Shown here: positions 20,188 to 29,999 of the stretch, piece by piece
How the letters are laid out: each line of letters starts with the position of its first letter
Position numbering within the stretch: position 1 is the first letter of the stretch
NCBI GenBank assembly: GCA_964439935.1
Contig: CAYTPW010000007.1
Coordinates: forward strand, 33,932-97,931
DNA length: 64,000 bases
Reading direction: 5' to 3'
Source of the DNA: an uncultured bacterium
GTDB taxonomy: Bacteria; Fidelibacterota; Marinisomatia; Marinisomatales; TCS56
Program-made: the position numbers and the translations under genes
Notes under the pieces: generated by a model
Databases searched by the model: none
What the model saw: only the letters and a program-made list of their open reading frames with translations
What the model was told of the DNA's origin: nothing

Positions 20188-20841
20188 ATGTCGATCAAGA
20201 TCAAAATATGCTGTATCCAGAATGTAACCGAGGCTGAACTGGCTCTGCATTCCGGCGCATCCGCGATCGGTCTAGTCACAGAAATGCCCAGTGGTCCCGG
20301 TGTAATTTCAGAAATTGAAGTGGCTGAAATTGTTGCAGCAATAGGACCGCGAATGAATACGTTTTTATTGACCTCAAAAATTGATATTCCCGCTCTTATT
20401 CAACAGATTAAATATTGTGGAACAAGTACGGTCCAATTATGCAATCAACTGGTCAATGGTAACTACCGTGAATTGAAAACGGCGTTGCCGGAGATTGACA
20501 TTATACCGGTAATTCAGGTAACTGGATCACCCTCGATTGATAGTGCTTTGGCAATTGCTCCCCTGGTAGATGGTTTATTACTGGATTCTGGGAATCCTGA
20601 TTTACCGGTTAAGGAACTGGGAGGCACCGGCAGGACCCATGACTGGGGAATCAGTCGTCGTATTGTTGATCTGGTAGATATACCGGTATATCTGGCGGGT
20701 GGTTTAAATCCGGATAATGTTGGTGAGGCAACTAGAATAGTTCAGCCCTATGGAATTGATGTTTGCTCCGGCGTGCGGTCCGGTAATTCCCTCGATAAGG
20801 CAAAACTGCACTCATTCATGGCGGCAGTCAAAGCTGTTTAA
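20188..20841 (+). CDS. trpF: phosphoribosylanthranilate isomerase
   Basis: Motifs are KICCIQN...AIGLV, GGTGRTHDW and LAGGLNPDNV. I prefer the ATG at 20188 over the track's GTG at 20125. Confidence 0.8.
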   Translation: MSIKIKICCIQNVTEAELALHSGASAIGLVTEMPSGPGVISEIEVAEIVAAIGPRMNTFLLTSKIDIPALIQQIKYCGTSTVQLCNQLVNGNYRELKTALPEIDIIPVIQVTGSPSIDSALAIAPLVDGLLLDSGNPDLPVKELGGTGRTHDWGISRRIVDLVDIPVYLAGGLNPDNVGEATRIVQPYGIDVCSGVRSGNSLDKAKLHSFMAAVKAV

Positions 20842-20861
20842 ATAAAACTGATAATATAGAT

Positions 20862-21596
20862 ATGCATAAATTATTGTTATCAACAATTCTGTTATTAAGG
20901 TGTCTGGCGGCAGGCTCACTACCGGATGGCTTTGTCTATATCAAAGATGTTATTCCCGATATAGTCCTGGATATTCGCTACTTTGGTGAATTCAATTTTT
21001 TAGGTACCGCAGTGGATGGATATCATGCACCCGTCGGCATTATTTCCGGAGTGGCAGCAGATGCCCTTGCTGAGGTTCAAGCTGAGTTAAACCAGTTTGG
21101 TCTGTCATTGAAAATTTACGATGCCTACCGTCCCCAGCAAGCGGTTGATCATTTTGTGCGCTGGGCAGTTGATTTTGGGGATACACTGACTAAGCGGGAA
21201 TTTTATCCTACTCTGGAAAAACCAGTTCTTCTGGAAGAGGTCTATATTGCTACGCGCTCCAGTCATACCCGAGGATCGGCGGTGGATTTGACAATTGTGC
21301 CTTTACCAATACCTGAACAGAAAAAATTTGAAATAGAAAACCAATGCGATTGTACCAAGGGAAATCGATATCGTTTGCTCGATAACAGCATTGATATGGG
21401 TTCAGGTTTTGATTGCTTCCATGAAATGTCCCATACGGCTCGGCCGCAATTAACCGAAACACAGCGGAAAAACCGATTGCTATTAAAATCGATAATGGAG
21501 AAACATGGTTTTCGGAATTATTCCAAAGAATGGTGGCACTTCAATTTTATTGCTGAACCGTTTCCCGAAACTTATTTTAATTTTCCGGTTGAATAA
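20862..21596 (+). CDS. M15D D-alanyl-D-alanine dipeptidase (VanX/DdpX family), with signal peptide
   Basis: It carries the SSHTRGSAVDLT (S-x-H-x-x-G-x-A-x-D) and EWWHF motifs. Confidence 0.8.
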   Translation: MHKLLLSTILLLRCLAAGSLPDGFVYIKDVIPDIVLDIRYFGEFNFLGTAVDGYHAPVGIISGVAADALAEVQAELNQFGLSLKIYDAYRPQQAVDHFVRWAVDFGDTLTKREFYPTLEKPVLLEEVYIATRSSHTRGSAVDLTIVPLPIPEQKKFEIENQCDCTKGNRYRLLDNSIDMGSGFDCFHEMSHTARPQLTETQRKNRLLLKSIMEKHGFRNYSKEWWHFNFIAEPFPETYFNFPVE

Positions 21597-21614
21597 CAGG
21601 TGTTGAGAGCGAAT

Positions 21615-22847
21615 ATGATTGATATTGTCACCTACCGACCTGAGCAGGATGAAAAGGCTGTCATGCGTATTTTTAAGGAAGTGGGCTGGGTCGAGAATAA
21701 GGAACAGGAAAAAGCGGCACGGATCTATTTTAATGGTCAACGGGCGCTAATTGCCAAAATTGATGGAGAGGCAGAATGTTTCGCAGGCACCATGCCCGGA
21801 GTTATTAAGCACCTGACTGAGGATCTATCTTTTTGCGCCGTTACCGGTGTAGTCACCAGTCGTATAGCACGGAAGCAGGGTTTGGCGGCACGACTAACCG
21901 CACAGGCGATTGCTAATGCGGTTGATAAAGGTGCCCAAGTGGCCGGTCTGGGAATTTTCGAACAGGGCTATTATAATCGTCTGGGATTCGGGTCAGGAGT
22001 ATATGAGAATTGGATTAACTTCGATCCGGCCAACCTGGTTATCGACCGTCCAGTGCGTACACCCCGGCGGCTGACAGCTGATAATTACCATGAAATTCAA
22101 CAGGCACTCGAAAATCGACGGCGCGGACACGGTAGTATCAGTATTACTCAAATTAACTCAGTACAGGCTGAACTCCACTGGATAAAAGATGGTTTTGGTC
22201 TGGGTTACTTCGATGGTAAAAATGGTGAATTGTCGCATTTTATCTGGTGTAAATCGAATGGTGAAATTGGTCCATACGAGATAGTTATTTATGCTTTTCG
22301 TGGGGGCGATCAATTTCTTGATTTGATGGCTCTGATCAAAAGCCTTGGCGACCAGGTCAGAATGGTGCGGATGCGCGAACCGGCCGGCATTCAGATCCAG
22401 GACTTGATTAAACAACCATTTCGCTGGCGTCAACTGACCCAGAAAAACAAATTTGAGAATATCAACCGGGCAACAGCTTATTATCAGATTCGAATTTGTG
22501 ATTTATTCGGCTGCATGCAAAAAACACATATACCATTTGGAGGAGCTCAATTTAATCTGCGATTGAGTGATCCGATCTCTGAATATCTTGATGAGTCAGT
22601 TGACTGGCAGGGGATCGGTGGAGAGTATCAAATTAATTTTGGACAGAAATCCAGCGCAATACCAGGATATGATCCCGACCTGCCTACTTTGGAGGCATCG
22701 GTTGGCGCCTTTTCCCGTCTTTGGTTGGGTGTTCGTCCAGCCACTGGACTGGCAGTAACCGATGATATTTCAGCTCCAATAGATTTGCTCAATCATCTGG
22801 ATAAAATACTAAGTTTACCGGAACCAAAACCGGAATGGGATTTTTAA
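21615..22847 (+). CDS. GNAT family N-acetyltransferase, Eis-like (with C-terminal SCP2-like region)
   Basis: About 410 aa. The acetyl-CoA-binding segment is RIARKQGLAARL. The size and three-part organisation resemble Eis-type GNATs. Confidence 0.55.
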   Translation: MIDIVTYRPEQDEKAVMRIFKEVGWVENKEQEKAARIYFNGQRALIAKIDGEAECFAGTMPGVIKHLTEDLSFCAVTGVVTSRIARKQGLAARLTAQAIANAVDKGAQVAGLGIFEQGYYNRLGFGSGVYENWINFDPANLVIDRPVRTPRRLTADNYHEIQQALENRRRGHGSISITQINSVQAELHWIKDGFGLGYFDGKNGELSHFIWCKSNGEIGPYEIVIYAFRGGDQFLDLMALIKSLGDQVRMVRMREPAGIQIQDLIKQPFRWRQLTQKNKFENINRATAYYQIRICDLFGCMQKTHIPFGGAQFNLRLSDPISEYLDESVDWQGIGGEYQINFGQKSSAIPGYDPDLPTLEASVGAFSRLWLGVRPATGLAVTDDISAPIDLLNHLDKILSLPEPKPEWDF

Positions 22848-22912
22848 ATAGACGTAATTTCAATAAATTTAATCAGCAGGCGGTAATAATTGAGTAAAAG
22901 AAAGGGATAGTT

Positions 22913-23311
22913 ATGAGTAAACCATTAGCGGTAAAAGACATAATGGCCACTAATATTGTTACATTTAAACCGGATCAAAATGTTCATGAAGTTATTGAAA
23001 AACTGGTATCTACATGTATTTCAGGAGCTTCGGTTATTGATGAAGAAGGTAAACTAATCGGTATTATTTCCGAAAAGGATTGTTTGAAAACGATCGTCAA
23101 ATCCTCATATTATGATGGTATGGGTGCTTTGGTTTCCGATCTGATGTCCACTGATGTTGACACAGTGGATATTCATGATAGCATCCACAACGTGGCTGAG
23201 AAATTCCTAAATTGCTATTACCGGCGTTTTCCAGTCTTGGATGATGGAAAATTGGCTGGGCAGGTAAGTAGGCGGGATGTTTTGCTGGCTGTCCAACCAA
23301 TTCCTCATTGA
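22913..23311 (+). CDS. CBS domain-pair protein
   Basis: 132 aa with two CBS repeats (IMATNIVT...; LMSTDVDT...). Confidence 0.8.
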   Translation: MSKPLAVKDIMATNIVTFKPDQNVHEVIEKLVSTCISGASVIDEEGKLIGIISEKDCLKTIVKSSYYDGMGALVSDLMSTDVDTVDIHDSIHNVAEKFLNCYYRRFPVLDDGKLAGQVSRRDVLLAVQPIPH

Positions 23312-23373
23312 ATCGAAAGTGTTAGTCTATATCAAATAGAGCACTACAGGTTATCAAATCACAGGGAGGAATC

Positions 23374-23940
23374 ATGAAGCTGATTAATCGATTAGTCAAC
23401 TGGCGTCTAGCTATAATATTGTTACTTCTCAGCTTTTCTGCCTGTATCCGTTCGTTGTACCCTCTATATACCGCTGATGACCTGGTTTTTAGCAGCGATC
23501 TGATTGGCACCTGGTTAGATGATGATAATAATACTTGGACATTTACAGTCGGGGATAAATATCAGTATGATTTGATAGTATCTGAGGAAGGTCATCCAGC
23601 GCAGTTTAAAACCCATCTGCTGGAATTGGGTGATCATCTGTTTCTGGATACTTTTCCATATGAGCCGAGTGTTGATAATGATTTTTACAAATTGCATTTA
23701 GTTGGTGCGCATTTGTTTGCCAGAATGGAGATTTTCACCGATAGCTGCCACTACACACTGATGGATCATGATTGGCTTGAAACCATCTTATCGGAATCGA
23801 TTGAAAGTTTAGCTTATGAGATGGTTGATGATGCTATTATATTGACAGCCAAGACTCCTGAACTTCAGGCATTCTTCAGGAAATATGCAAATGACCCTGA
23901 GGCTTTCAAGGATCGAACACTATTAGTACGAAAAAATTAA
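23374..23940 (+). CDS. hypothetical lipoprotein
   Basis: It has a GGAGG-like RBS and a signal peptide with lipobox SFSAC. No recognisable domain. Confidence 0.5.
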   Translation: MKLINRLVNWRLAIILLLLSFSACIRSLYPLYTADDLVFSSDLIGTWLDDDNNTWTFTVGDKYQYDLIVSEEGHPAQFKTHLLELGDHLFLDTFPYEPSVDNDFYKLHLVGAHLFARMEIFTDSCHYTLMDHDWLETILSESIESLAYEMVDDAIILTAKTPELQAFFRKYANDPEAFKDRTLLVRKN

Positions 23941-23964
23941 TTGTATCAAGCTGGAGTTTAAATT

Positions 23965-24828
23965 ATGATTGGAATATGGATTGGAGTTATTACCGGCGCG
24001 ATCTTATTAGTGATTGTCGCACTCTCCCGTGTTTACCGTACTCCCCAGACTACTCATATTAACACCCCAAGCAAGTATGATATTGAATTCCGCGAAGTGC
24101 GGTTCCCTACCCGAAACAACCGGAATCTATACGGCTGGTGGATTCCAGGACGAAATGGCAATACTGATAAATTTCCCACTTTAATTCTGGTGCATGGCTG
24201 GGGTAGGAATGTTGAACGGATGCTGCCCTATATTCGTAATTTACATGGCAGGGGCTATAACCTGCTGGCATTTGATACCCGTCATCACGGCAGCAGCGAT
24301 CAGGACGCATTTGCTTCGATGTTGAAATTTGCCGAAGATATTTCCGCTGCAGTTGATTTTGCATCCAGGCAGGAAAAGATTGACCAGGCAGCGATTGGCG
24401 TGCTCGGCCTATCAATCGGTGGTGCTGGTACGATCTATGCCGCAGCCCATGATGACCGGATCAAGGCAATAGTGACGGTGGGTGCTTTTTCGCACCCGGC
24501 GGATGTGATGAAATTGGAATTCCAGCGGCGACGTATTCCATTTTTTCCACTGGTCTGGTTACTATTCCGTTTCATGGAATTTCGGATCGGTGCCAAATTT
24601 GATAAAATAGCTCCGGTAAATAATATTGGAAGAGTGCAGGGTAAAATTTTGTTGATTCAAGGGGAAAATGATCAAACGGTACCAGTGGAACAGGGTGAGC
24701 ATTTATATGCTGCATCAAATCCGGATAAAACTGAGTTTTGGTTACAGTCGGATCGCGGTCATTCTGATTGCCATCGTGAAACCGGTTTTTGGGATAGAGT
24801 GGACCGATTTTTCAAAGCTGCCTGGTAA
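23965..24828 (+). CDS. alpha/beta hydrolase (membrane-anchored)
   Basis: It has an N-terminal TM segment, the nucleophile elbow GLSIGG, and C-terminal D and H residues in the expected order. Confidence 0.7.
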   Translation: MIGIWIGVITGAILLVIVALSRVYRTPQTTHINTPSKYDIEFREVRFPTRNNRNLYGWWIPGRNGNTDKFPTLILVHGWGRNVERMLPYIRNLHGRGYNLLAFDTRHHGSSDQDAFASMLKFAEDISAAVDFASRQEKIDQAAIGVLGLSIGGAGTIYAAAHDDRIKAIVTVGAFSHPADVMKLEFQRRRIPFFPLVWLLFRFMEFRIGAKFDKIAPVNNIGRVQGKILLIQGENDQTVPVEQGEHLYAASNPDKTEFWLQSDRGHSDCHRETGFWDRVDRFFKAAW

Positions 24829-24918
24829 TCTATCAACCTATAATTAATTTTCGCAAGGCTTTAAATTCTGACAATATATTAGTTACTCCATTCCCCTGAT
24901 CCGCATTAAATTTGGTCT

Positions 24919-26232
24919 GTGGGCAGTTTGATCCTGGGAAAATATAGATACTTAAAGACGGTCATTTTAGTGATCGTCATCCTGGCTACTTTTCGTTATG
25001 GCCAAGAATATCGTCACAGTGAAATCTACTCCGTTCCCGATCTTTCTTTTTATCCAGGTGTATTGACCGGACTTGATATCCTTCAGCAGATGGACTTTGA
25101 ACCGTTGCAGGGGAAGCGAATTGCCATTTTGTGCAATCAGACCGCTGTGAATCGGAAAGGTGAACACCTGCTGGATTTCATCAACAGTCAATGGGATATA
25201 ACCGTAAAAACGATTTTTACACCAGAGCACGGATTATTCGGCCGGCAGACCGATGATGTCCGTCTATCGGGAAAAGATGATATTGATCCGGTTACTGGCG
25301 CCAGGATAATAAATTTATTTGGTCGCTATGTGATACCGCCTAAATGGTCTCTGACCGATGTCGATCTGATACTGGTCGATATGATCGATCCGGGTGTTCG
25401 CTACTTTACATTTGTTACTACAATCACCAAGATGATGGAAACTGCCAGCCGGTTGGAAATACCGGTGATTGTATTGGATCGGCCGAATCCCATCCGGGGT
25501 GATATGATCAATGGACCGGTTGTCCGCACCGGTTTTCAGTCTTTTGTCGGGTATCATCTGGTTCCAGTTAGACATGGTCTGACCGTTGGCGAATATATAC
25601 TGATGGTTAACGAGATGGGTTGGGTCAAAGATCTTGCACGGGTCGACCTGACTATAATTCCGATGGTGAACTGGGAGCGGGACATGTGGTTTGATCAAAC
25701 CGGACTACCCTGGATTCCGCCGGCGCCTGATTTTGATACTGCCGCCACCAATCTGATATATGTAGGAACGGCGTTGACTGAGGGCACCAACCTAAGCGTG
25801 GGAAAAGGAACCGATAAACCATATCATCGCATCGGAGCACCTTGGATTGCCGGTATGCATTTACAACAGGTACTGGAAAACCAGAAACTTCCCGGCGTAA
25901 AATTCATAGCCATCAGTTTTACTCCCCATCAGGCACGTTCATCCACTGAGATTCCTGCTTATCTGGATCAGGTTTGCAATGGAGTGGAAATTGAGATCAC
26001 GGATCGCGAAAGTTTTGATCCTCTACTTACTGCCATATCAATTATAATTCTGACCGAGCAGTTGTATCCCCGACAATTCAGTTGGAACGGCGACTATATT
26101 GATAAATTATTTGGCTATGATCTCTTGCGTACCTTCGTTGCCCAGAAAAAACAACCGGAATATTTACCGGGCCGCTGGACCCACGATGTTATCAGGTTCA
26201 ACGAGTTTCGCGAACGTTTTCTGCTGTATTGA
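24919..26232 (+). CDS. DUF1343 family protein (NamZ-like exo-beta-N-acetylmuramidase)
   Basis: 437 aa with TPEHGLFG and VDMIDPGVRYFTF motifs characteristic of DUF1343/YbbC. The start is GTG and is uncertain. Confidence 0.7.
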   Translation: MGSLILGKYRYLKTVILVIVILATFRYGQEYRHSEIYSVPDLSFYPGVLTGLDILQQMDFEPLQGKRIAILCNQTAVNRKGEHLLDFINSQWDITVKTIFTPEHGLFGRQTDDVRLSGKDDIDPVTGARIINLFGRYVIPPKWSLTDVDLILVDMIDPGVRYFTFVTTITKMMETASRLEIPVIVLDRPNPIRGDMINGPVVRTGFQSFVGYHLVPVRHGLTVGEYILMVNEMGWVKDLARVDLTIIPMVNWERDMWFDQTGLPWIPPAPDFDTAATNLIYVGTALTEGTNLSVGKGTDKPYHRIGAPWIAGMHLQQVLENQKLPGVKFIAISFTPHQARSSTEIPAYLDQVCNGVEIEITDRESFDPLLTAISIIILTEQLYPRQFSWNGDYIDKLFGYDLLRTFVAQKKQPEYLPGRWTHDVIRFNEFRERFLLY

Positions 26233-26236
26233 TATT

Positions 26237-27829
26237 TTGCACCAAGTCAACTTAAAGATATTTCTGATACTGTTGTTCAGCACTGCCTGCTCACAAACCC
26301 ATTTTTCCCTGCCAAATAATGTCTGGCGGGTATCAATTAAGCAGACTGGAGGAATTGGGAACTGGAAGGGTGCCAGTGGTTATTCCGGAGTTGGACCACA
26401 ATATTTTAATCTGGATGGTTATGGTCGTCGTTATTATGATCATCTCCATCCCAATGCCTACTATGATTTACAACATCTCGATTCCCTGTCAATCGGATCG
26501 ACTACATTCGGAGATTTAATTGAAGGATTCAATAGATCTTCCACGGCTGTTTTTTGGGGCGATACTTTACCTGAATTTCGGACTGTATTTTTTGGACCTG
26601 ATTCAGTAATAATTGGCGGTTATTTGTATAATCCAAAATTACGCCACACCATATCGCGCCAGGATTTTAAACTTGAGTATGGTATTTCAAACCGCGTAAC
26701 CTTCAGTTTTGAGATTCCCTATTTTCAGAGCTTAGAAGAAGAACGGAAATGGAGCTGGCAGGGAATTGCCGCAGATGGACTTCCGGAGTTCATATCATAC
26801 CATGATTCTGCGCGCCAGTCCTTTGAGGATTTTGCATCCCATTTTGAAATTTTTCCAATAAATGCTGATACGCTGGAAGATTTACTTGATATCCAGAAGC
26901 GATTATATACTTGGGATGGTATCAATTCCGTCTTGTGGGCACTGGCTGGAGGGACCGATCCATTACAGACCGGAATAGTGGGTTCAGCCTATAATCCATT
27001 TACGGAACTTATTGACGGTAGCACCACTATTGATTCGTTAATCGCGTGGTATTTACCGACCGGTCGCAATGCCTCCGGTCTTGGTGACGTCACAATGAAA
27101 TTGACCGTTTTATTAGCAGGTAAACCAGCTTGGTCCCAGCAAAGTTATTATTCGGCCTACGTCGGTGTAGCTGTTCAATTACCGTTAGGTAGAAAATTAA
27201 GCCGTTTTAATAGCGCTGATACCGCTGCAAATAACGTCCCTAGTCAGTTTTCCGAGATACAATTTGGCAGTGGCGTAACCAAGTGGACTATCTCATTTTT
27301 TGGTGAATTTTATACTTTTTTAATGAATCGCCGAATGAATGTCAATTGGTTTACTGATTTAGGAATCAGCAATCGGGAATTTCAAAATTTTCCCGTATCA
27401 ATGTTGGGCACTAATATGACCCATCCCGATAGTATTATTGCGAAATATGGTAATCAGTATGGCTACTGGCCCGGGTGGGAATGGTCCGGGAAAATTGCAG
27501 TGAATGCAGAGATCTGGCCAGACCGTTTATGGTTGCGACCGGTGGTACAGGCTAAATTTAAAACTCGTGATCAATTTTATTCAGTCGATGGGAACTGGGC
27601 CGATTTCATGCAATACCGGTCCATGTCCGGTAAAATTGTTTATGACACAAGAATGGTGCAAATCACACCAAGCATCAGTTTGTTACTCCGTAATCTGCAT
27701 CCGTTAAAGAAAATCGGACCGGTGCCTTTTGAAATTGAAATCGGTGGTTCCAAACCTTTTTTTACTCGTCATGCTTTCTCGGATTATTCAATCTGGATCG
27801 GATTGACTACCTATTTTCAAAGCTGGTAA
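26237..27829 (+). CDS. hypothetical outer-membrane protein (beta-barrel candidate)
   Basis: The track ORF starts at 26099, inside the previous gene. A TTG at 26237 gives a clean signal peptide (MHQVNLKIFLILLFSTAC). The protein is rich in aromatic and Gly residues and ends in the aromatic terminus YFQSW. Confidence 0.45.
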   Translation: MHQVNLKIFLILLFSTACSQTHFSLPNNVWRVSIKQTGGIGNWKGASGYSGVGPQYFNLDGYGRRYYDHLHPNAYYDLQHLDSLSIGSTTFGDLIEGFNRSSTAVFWGDTLPEFRTVFFGPDSVIIGGYLYNPKLRHTISRQDFKLEYGISNRVTFSFEIPYFQSLEEERKWSWQGIAADGLPEFISYHDSARQSFEDFASHFEIFPINADTLEDLLDIQKRLYTWDGINSVLWALAGGTDPLQTGIVGSAYNPFTELIDGSTTIDSLIAWYLPTGRNASGLGDVTMKLTVLLAGKPAWSQQSYYSAYVGVAVQLPLGRKLSRFNSADTAANNVPSQFSEIQFGSGVTKWTISFFGEFYTFLMNRRMNVNWFTDLGISNREFQNFPVSMLGTNMTHPDSIIAKYGNQYGYWPGWEWSGKIAVNAEIWPDRLWLRPVVQAKFKTRDQFYSVDGNWADFMQYRSMSGKIVYDTRMVQITPSISLLLRNLHPLKKIGPVPFEIEIGGSKPFFTRHAFSDYSIWIGLTTYFQSW

Positions 27830-27919
27830 ACGGTAAAATATTTCCAGCATCAATTAGTAAATTTTGCTTACTTTATCCTTACAGGGTATTAATTCAAATC
27901 GTTGGAAGAGGAAGAAATA

Positions 27920-29200
27920 ATGATTGAAGAGAAGAAGACCATCTGGGGATGGGCAATGTATGATTGGGCGAATTCAGCCTTTGCGACGACAGTTATGGCG
28001 GGATTTTTCCCGCTCTTTTTTAAAGCATACTGGGCTAATCCCGATAATCCGACAGAAAGCACTTTTTATCTTGGAATCGCTAATTCTGTTGCATCTATAA
28101 TCGTTGCGGCACTGGCTCCATTCCTGGGCGCAATTGCCGATAAGGGGACAGCCAAAAGAAAATTTTTAATAACATTCGGATCCCTTGGTGTAGTAATGAC
28201 CGGTGGCCTCTGGATGGTTGCTCAAGGGCACTGGCAAATGGCAGTGATTTTATACGTGCTGGCTACAGTTGGTTTTTCAGGGAGCAATATATTTTATGAT
28301 TCGCTGCTTCCTAGTATAGCATCTAAAAAGAAAGTAGATTATGCCTCTTCGCTGGGATTCTCTCTGGGTTACCTGGGTGGCGGTATTTTATTCTTAGTCA
28401 ATGTAATTATGTACCTAAAACCAGATTTGTTTGGTATACCGGATCAGTCAACAGCTATCAGACTTTCGTTTGTATCAGTCGCAATTTGGTGGGCAGCATT
28501 CACAATACCCCTGCTTTTATGGGTTGAAGAACCGAAGATTAATCAGCCAGTTAGCCTTATTAAAGCGATACCACTGGGGTGGATTCAATTGAGAAGCACT
28601 TTTCGAGACATTAAACATCTGAAAATTGTAGGTATGTTTTTGCTGGCTTATTGGCTGTATATTGATGGTGTAGATACTATTGTCCGGATGGCGATCAGTT
28701 TCGGGGTAGATTTGAATTTTCCGCAGTCTTCCCTGATAATCGCCTTGCTTATGGTACAATTCTTGGCATTCCCATTTACTATGATATACTATAGAATTTC
28801 CAAAAATGTCGGCATAAAAAAAGCGATTATGTTTGGGATACTGGGTTATGGAGTTATCACCTTTTTGGGATATTTCATGAATTCGGTCTGGCATTTTTAT
28901 GCCCTGGCAGTATTAATCAGCATGTTCCAGGGCGGTATCCAGGCCTTGAGTCGCAGTATCTACTCACGAATCATACCAAAAGAAAAAGCCGCTGAATTTT
29001 ACGGTTTCTATAATATGCTGGGTAAATTTGCCGCTGTGATAGGACCGGTTATGATGGGGAGTATAACCTATGTGACCGGCAATCCGAGATTCGGGATTCT
29101 ATCAATTCTTCTACTTTTTATTTTTGGAGGTTACTTCCTTATGAAAGTTGATATTGATGAAGGAGAGCGGATGGCTAAGGAATTTTTGGCTAAGGAGTAA
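27920..29200 (+). CDS. MFS transporter, UMF1 (Atg22-like) family
   Basis: The N-terminus WGWAMYDWANSAF is typical of UMF1. There are about 12 hydrophobic segments. The ATG at 27920 has a purine-rich RBS. Confidence 0.75.
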   Translation: MIEEKKTIWGWAMYDWANSAFATTVMAGFFPLFFKAYWANPDNPTESTFYLGIANSVASIIVAALAPFLGAIADKGTAKRKFLITFGSLGVVMTGGLWMVAQGHWQMAVILYVLATVGFSGSNIFYDSLLPSIASKKKVDYASSLGFSLGYLGGGILFLVNVIMYLKPDLFGIPDQSTAIRLSFVSVAIWWAAFTIPLLLWVEEPKINQPVSLIKAIPLGWIQLRSTFRDIKHLKIVGMFLLAYWLYIDGVDTIVRMAISFGVDLNFPQSSLIIALLMVQFLAFPFTMIYYRISKNVGIKKAIMFGILGYGVITFLGYFMNSVWHFYALAVLISMFQGGIQALSRSIYSRIIPKEKAAEFYGFYNMLGKFAAVIGPVMMGSITYVTGNPRFGILSILLLFIFGGYFLMKVDIDEGERMAKEFLAKE

Positions 29201-29275
29201 AATAGAAATCTCCCTACTCAATTATATTTAAATAGCTGAATTGCTGGAACAAAACTACACGAGCCGGTGTTACTG

Positions 29276-29293
29276 TTTGAACAAACGTTCAAA
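29276..29293. promoter_or_regulatory. perfect 7-4-7 palindrome TTTGAAC-AAAC-GTTCAAA, candidate operator
   Basis: It ends 12 nt before the start codon of the HMA-domain gene and overlaps the region just 5' of its RBS (ACGGAGA). Confidence 0.3.
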
Positions 29294-29305
29294 TAACGGA
29301 GATAA

Positions 29306-29677
29306 ATGATGAAAAAACGACTCACTGTGATACTATTTGTACTGGTAACTGGAATTCTCTTTGTTGGAGTTTTACCGGCCAGTGACACAAAATCAACAAC
29401 CCTGGATGTTAAGGGGATGACCTGCGGTGACTGCGAAACAAAAGTGTCAACTGCATTGAAGGCGGTTGATGGTGTCAATGATGTAACAGTAGACCACTCA
29501 ACCGGTAAAGCCCTCGTGACCTATGATGCCGATCTGGTGACAATGGATATGATGAAAATGGCTGTAAAAACAGCTGGTTTTAAGGTTAGTAAAAAATCTT
29601 GGCTTAAAAAGAGCAAGCAATCTGCCAGCTGTGGTTCAGGCAATTGTTGTGCTAGTAAAGGTGGAACCAGTATTTGA
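29306..29677 (+). CDS. heavy-metal-associated (HMA) domain protein, membrane-anchored/secreted
   Basis: It has an N-terminal hydrophobic segment, the GMTCGDCETKV metal-binding motif, and a Cys-rich C-terminus (SCGSGNCCASKGG). Confidence 0.8.
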   Translation: MMKKRLTVILFVLVTGILFVGVLPASDTKSTTLDVKGMTCGDCETKVSTALKAVDGVNDVTVDHSTGKALVTYDADLVTMDMMKMAVKTAGFKVSKKSWLKKSKQSASCGSGNCCASKGGTSI

Positions 29678-29707
29678 TAAAAAAGGAAATTTTACTTCAA
29701 AAAAATA

Positions 29708-29817
29708 TTGACAGTAATAATTTCGCGCTATAAACTTCAACCGCAGGCCCCGCAAAAGTGGCGTGCTCTTCAGAGGAAAAAATTTTTCTCGAGGGTATTA
29801 TGCGGGGCTTTTCTTTT
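29708..29817 (+). other. orphan promoter-like element plus GC-rich closing stem and U-tract (possible small RNA or long-loop terminator)
   Basis: TTGACA (29708-29713) is followed by TATAAA/TAAACT 15-17 nt downstream. GCCCCGCA (29747-29754) pairs with TGCGGGGC (29801-29808), followed by CTTTTCTTTT. No convincing ORF is present. Confidence 0.25.
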
Positions 29818-29999
29818 ACTCCACCGAATAGAGAATTCATTATTAATATAAGGTTTGAATCACTGGAACAATAATTCCAGTCTGTAACCCAAGATTCGAG
29901 CACTTCCGTTTTCATTCCGAAAATATGGTTTATAAATCAAGTTTTGCGGAATTGAAAGGTAAAATATTTTAAATTCCGACTAAGCTTGGTTATTCAGAT

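Noticed and set aside
26099-26236. N-terminal 46-aa extension of the OM-protein ORF, overlapping the NamZ-like gene by 134 nt.
   Set aside because: The extension has no signal-peptide character, whereas a clean signal peptide begins at the TTG at 26237, just after the upstream stop.
29697-29915. 72-aa minus-strand ORF in the HMA/lipoprotein intergenic gap.
   Set aside because: It has no RBS and an implausible sequence. The region is better explained by the promoter-like box, hairpin and U-tract on the plus strand.
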